DNA of 64,000 nt from Alphaproteobacteria bacterium (GTDB lineage: Bacteria; Pseudomonadota; Alphaproteobacteria; MPNO01; UBA830), in assembly GCA_965243135.1 (NCBI GenBank), contig OZ251539.1, positions 160,001-224,000 of the forward strand, written 5' to 3'; not shown here. Positions within the stretch are counted from its first letter, which is position 1. Below are more notes on the stretch, generated by a model. The model was not told the origin of the DNA. It saw only the letters and a program-made list of their open reading frames with translations, and did not search any database.

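Overview
High-GC bacterial DNA, most likely alphaproteobacterial (inferred from the class II DAHP synthase and the gor-DAHP-nadE-cimA-trmJ order). All supported genes are on the + strand. (1) 1-1383: 3' part of a lower-GC HerA/FtsK-type (DptH/DndH-like) ATPase gene. (2) glmU-glmS. (3) Downstream of glmS, an Rpn/YhgA-like nuclease gene plus a tandem partial duplicate. The duplicate's nuclease half is broken by five roughly 5-bp deletions, a 7-bp deletion and a stop, while its C-terminal RpnS-like half stays open behind its own RBS. (4) Housekeeping run gabD, gor, DAHP synthase II, nadE, cimA, trmJ-like. (5) A purine-rich Type ISP-like restriction-modification gene (Mrr nuclease-SF2 helicase-N6 methyltransferase-TRD) with an internal G17 tract and a frameshift near 18970. 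(6) An AT-rich control region containing a 16/17-bp inverted-repeat pair about 200 bp apart, a 15-bp direct repeat and a C20 tract. (7) One giant gene, absent from the ORF track because it has no stop in the window, running from about 23239 past 64000 (>13,500 aa). It encodes a signal peptide followed by roughly 120 Calx-beta/Ig-like, He_PIG-like and FN3 modules and is probably an autotransporter-type surface adhesin. Nearly all ORFs listed after 23300 are shadow frames of this gene. Homopolymer lengths and small indels could be sequencing artefacts and need read-level checks.
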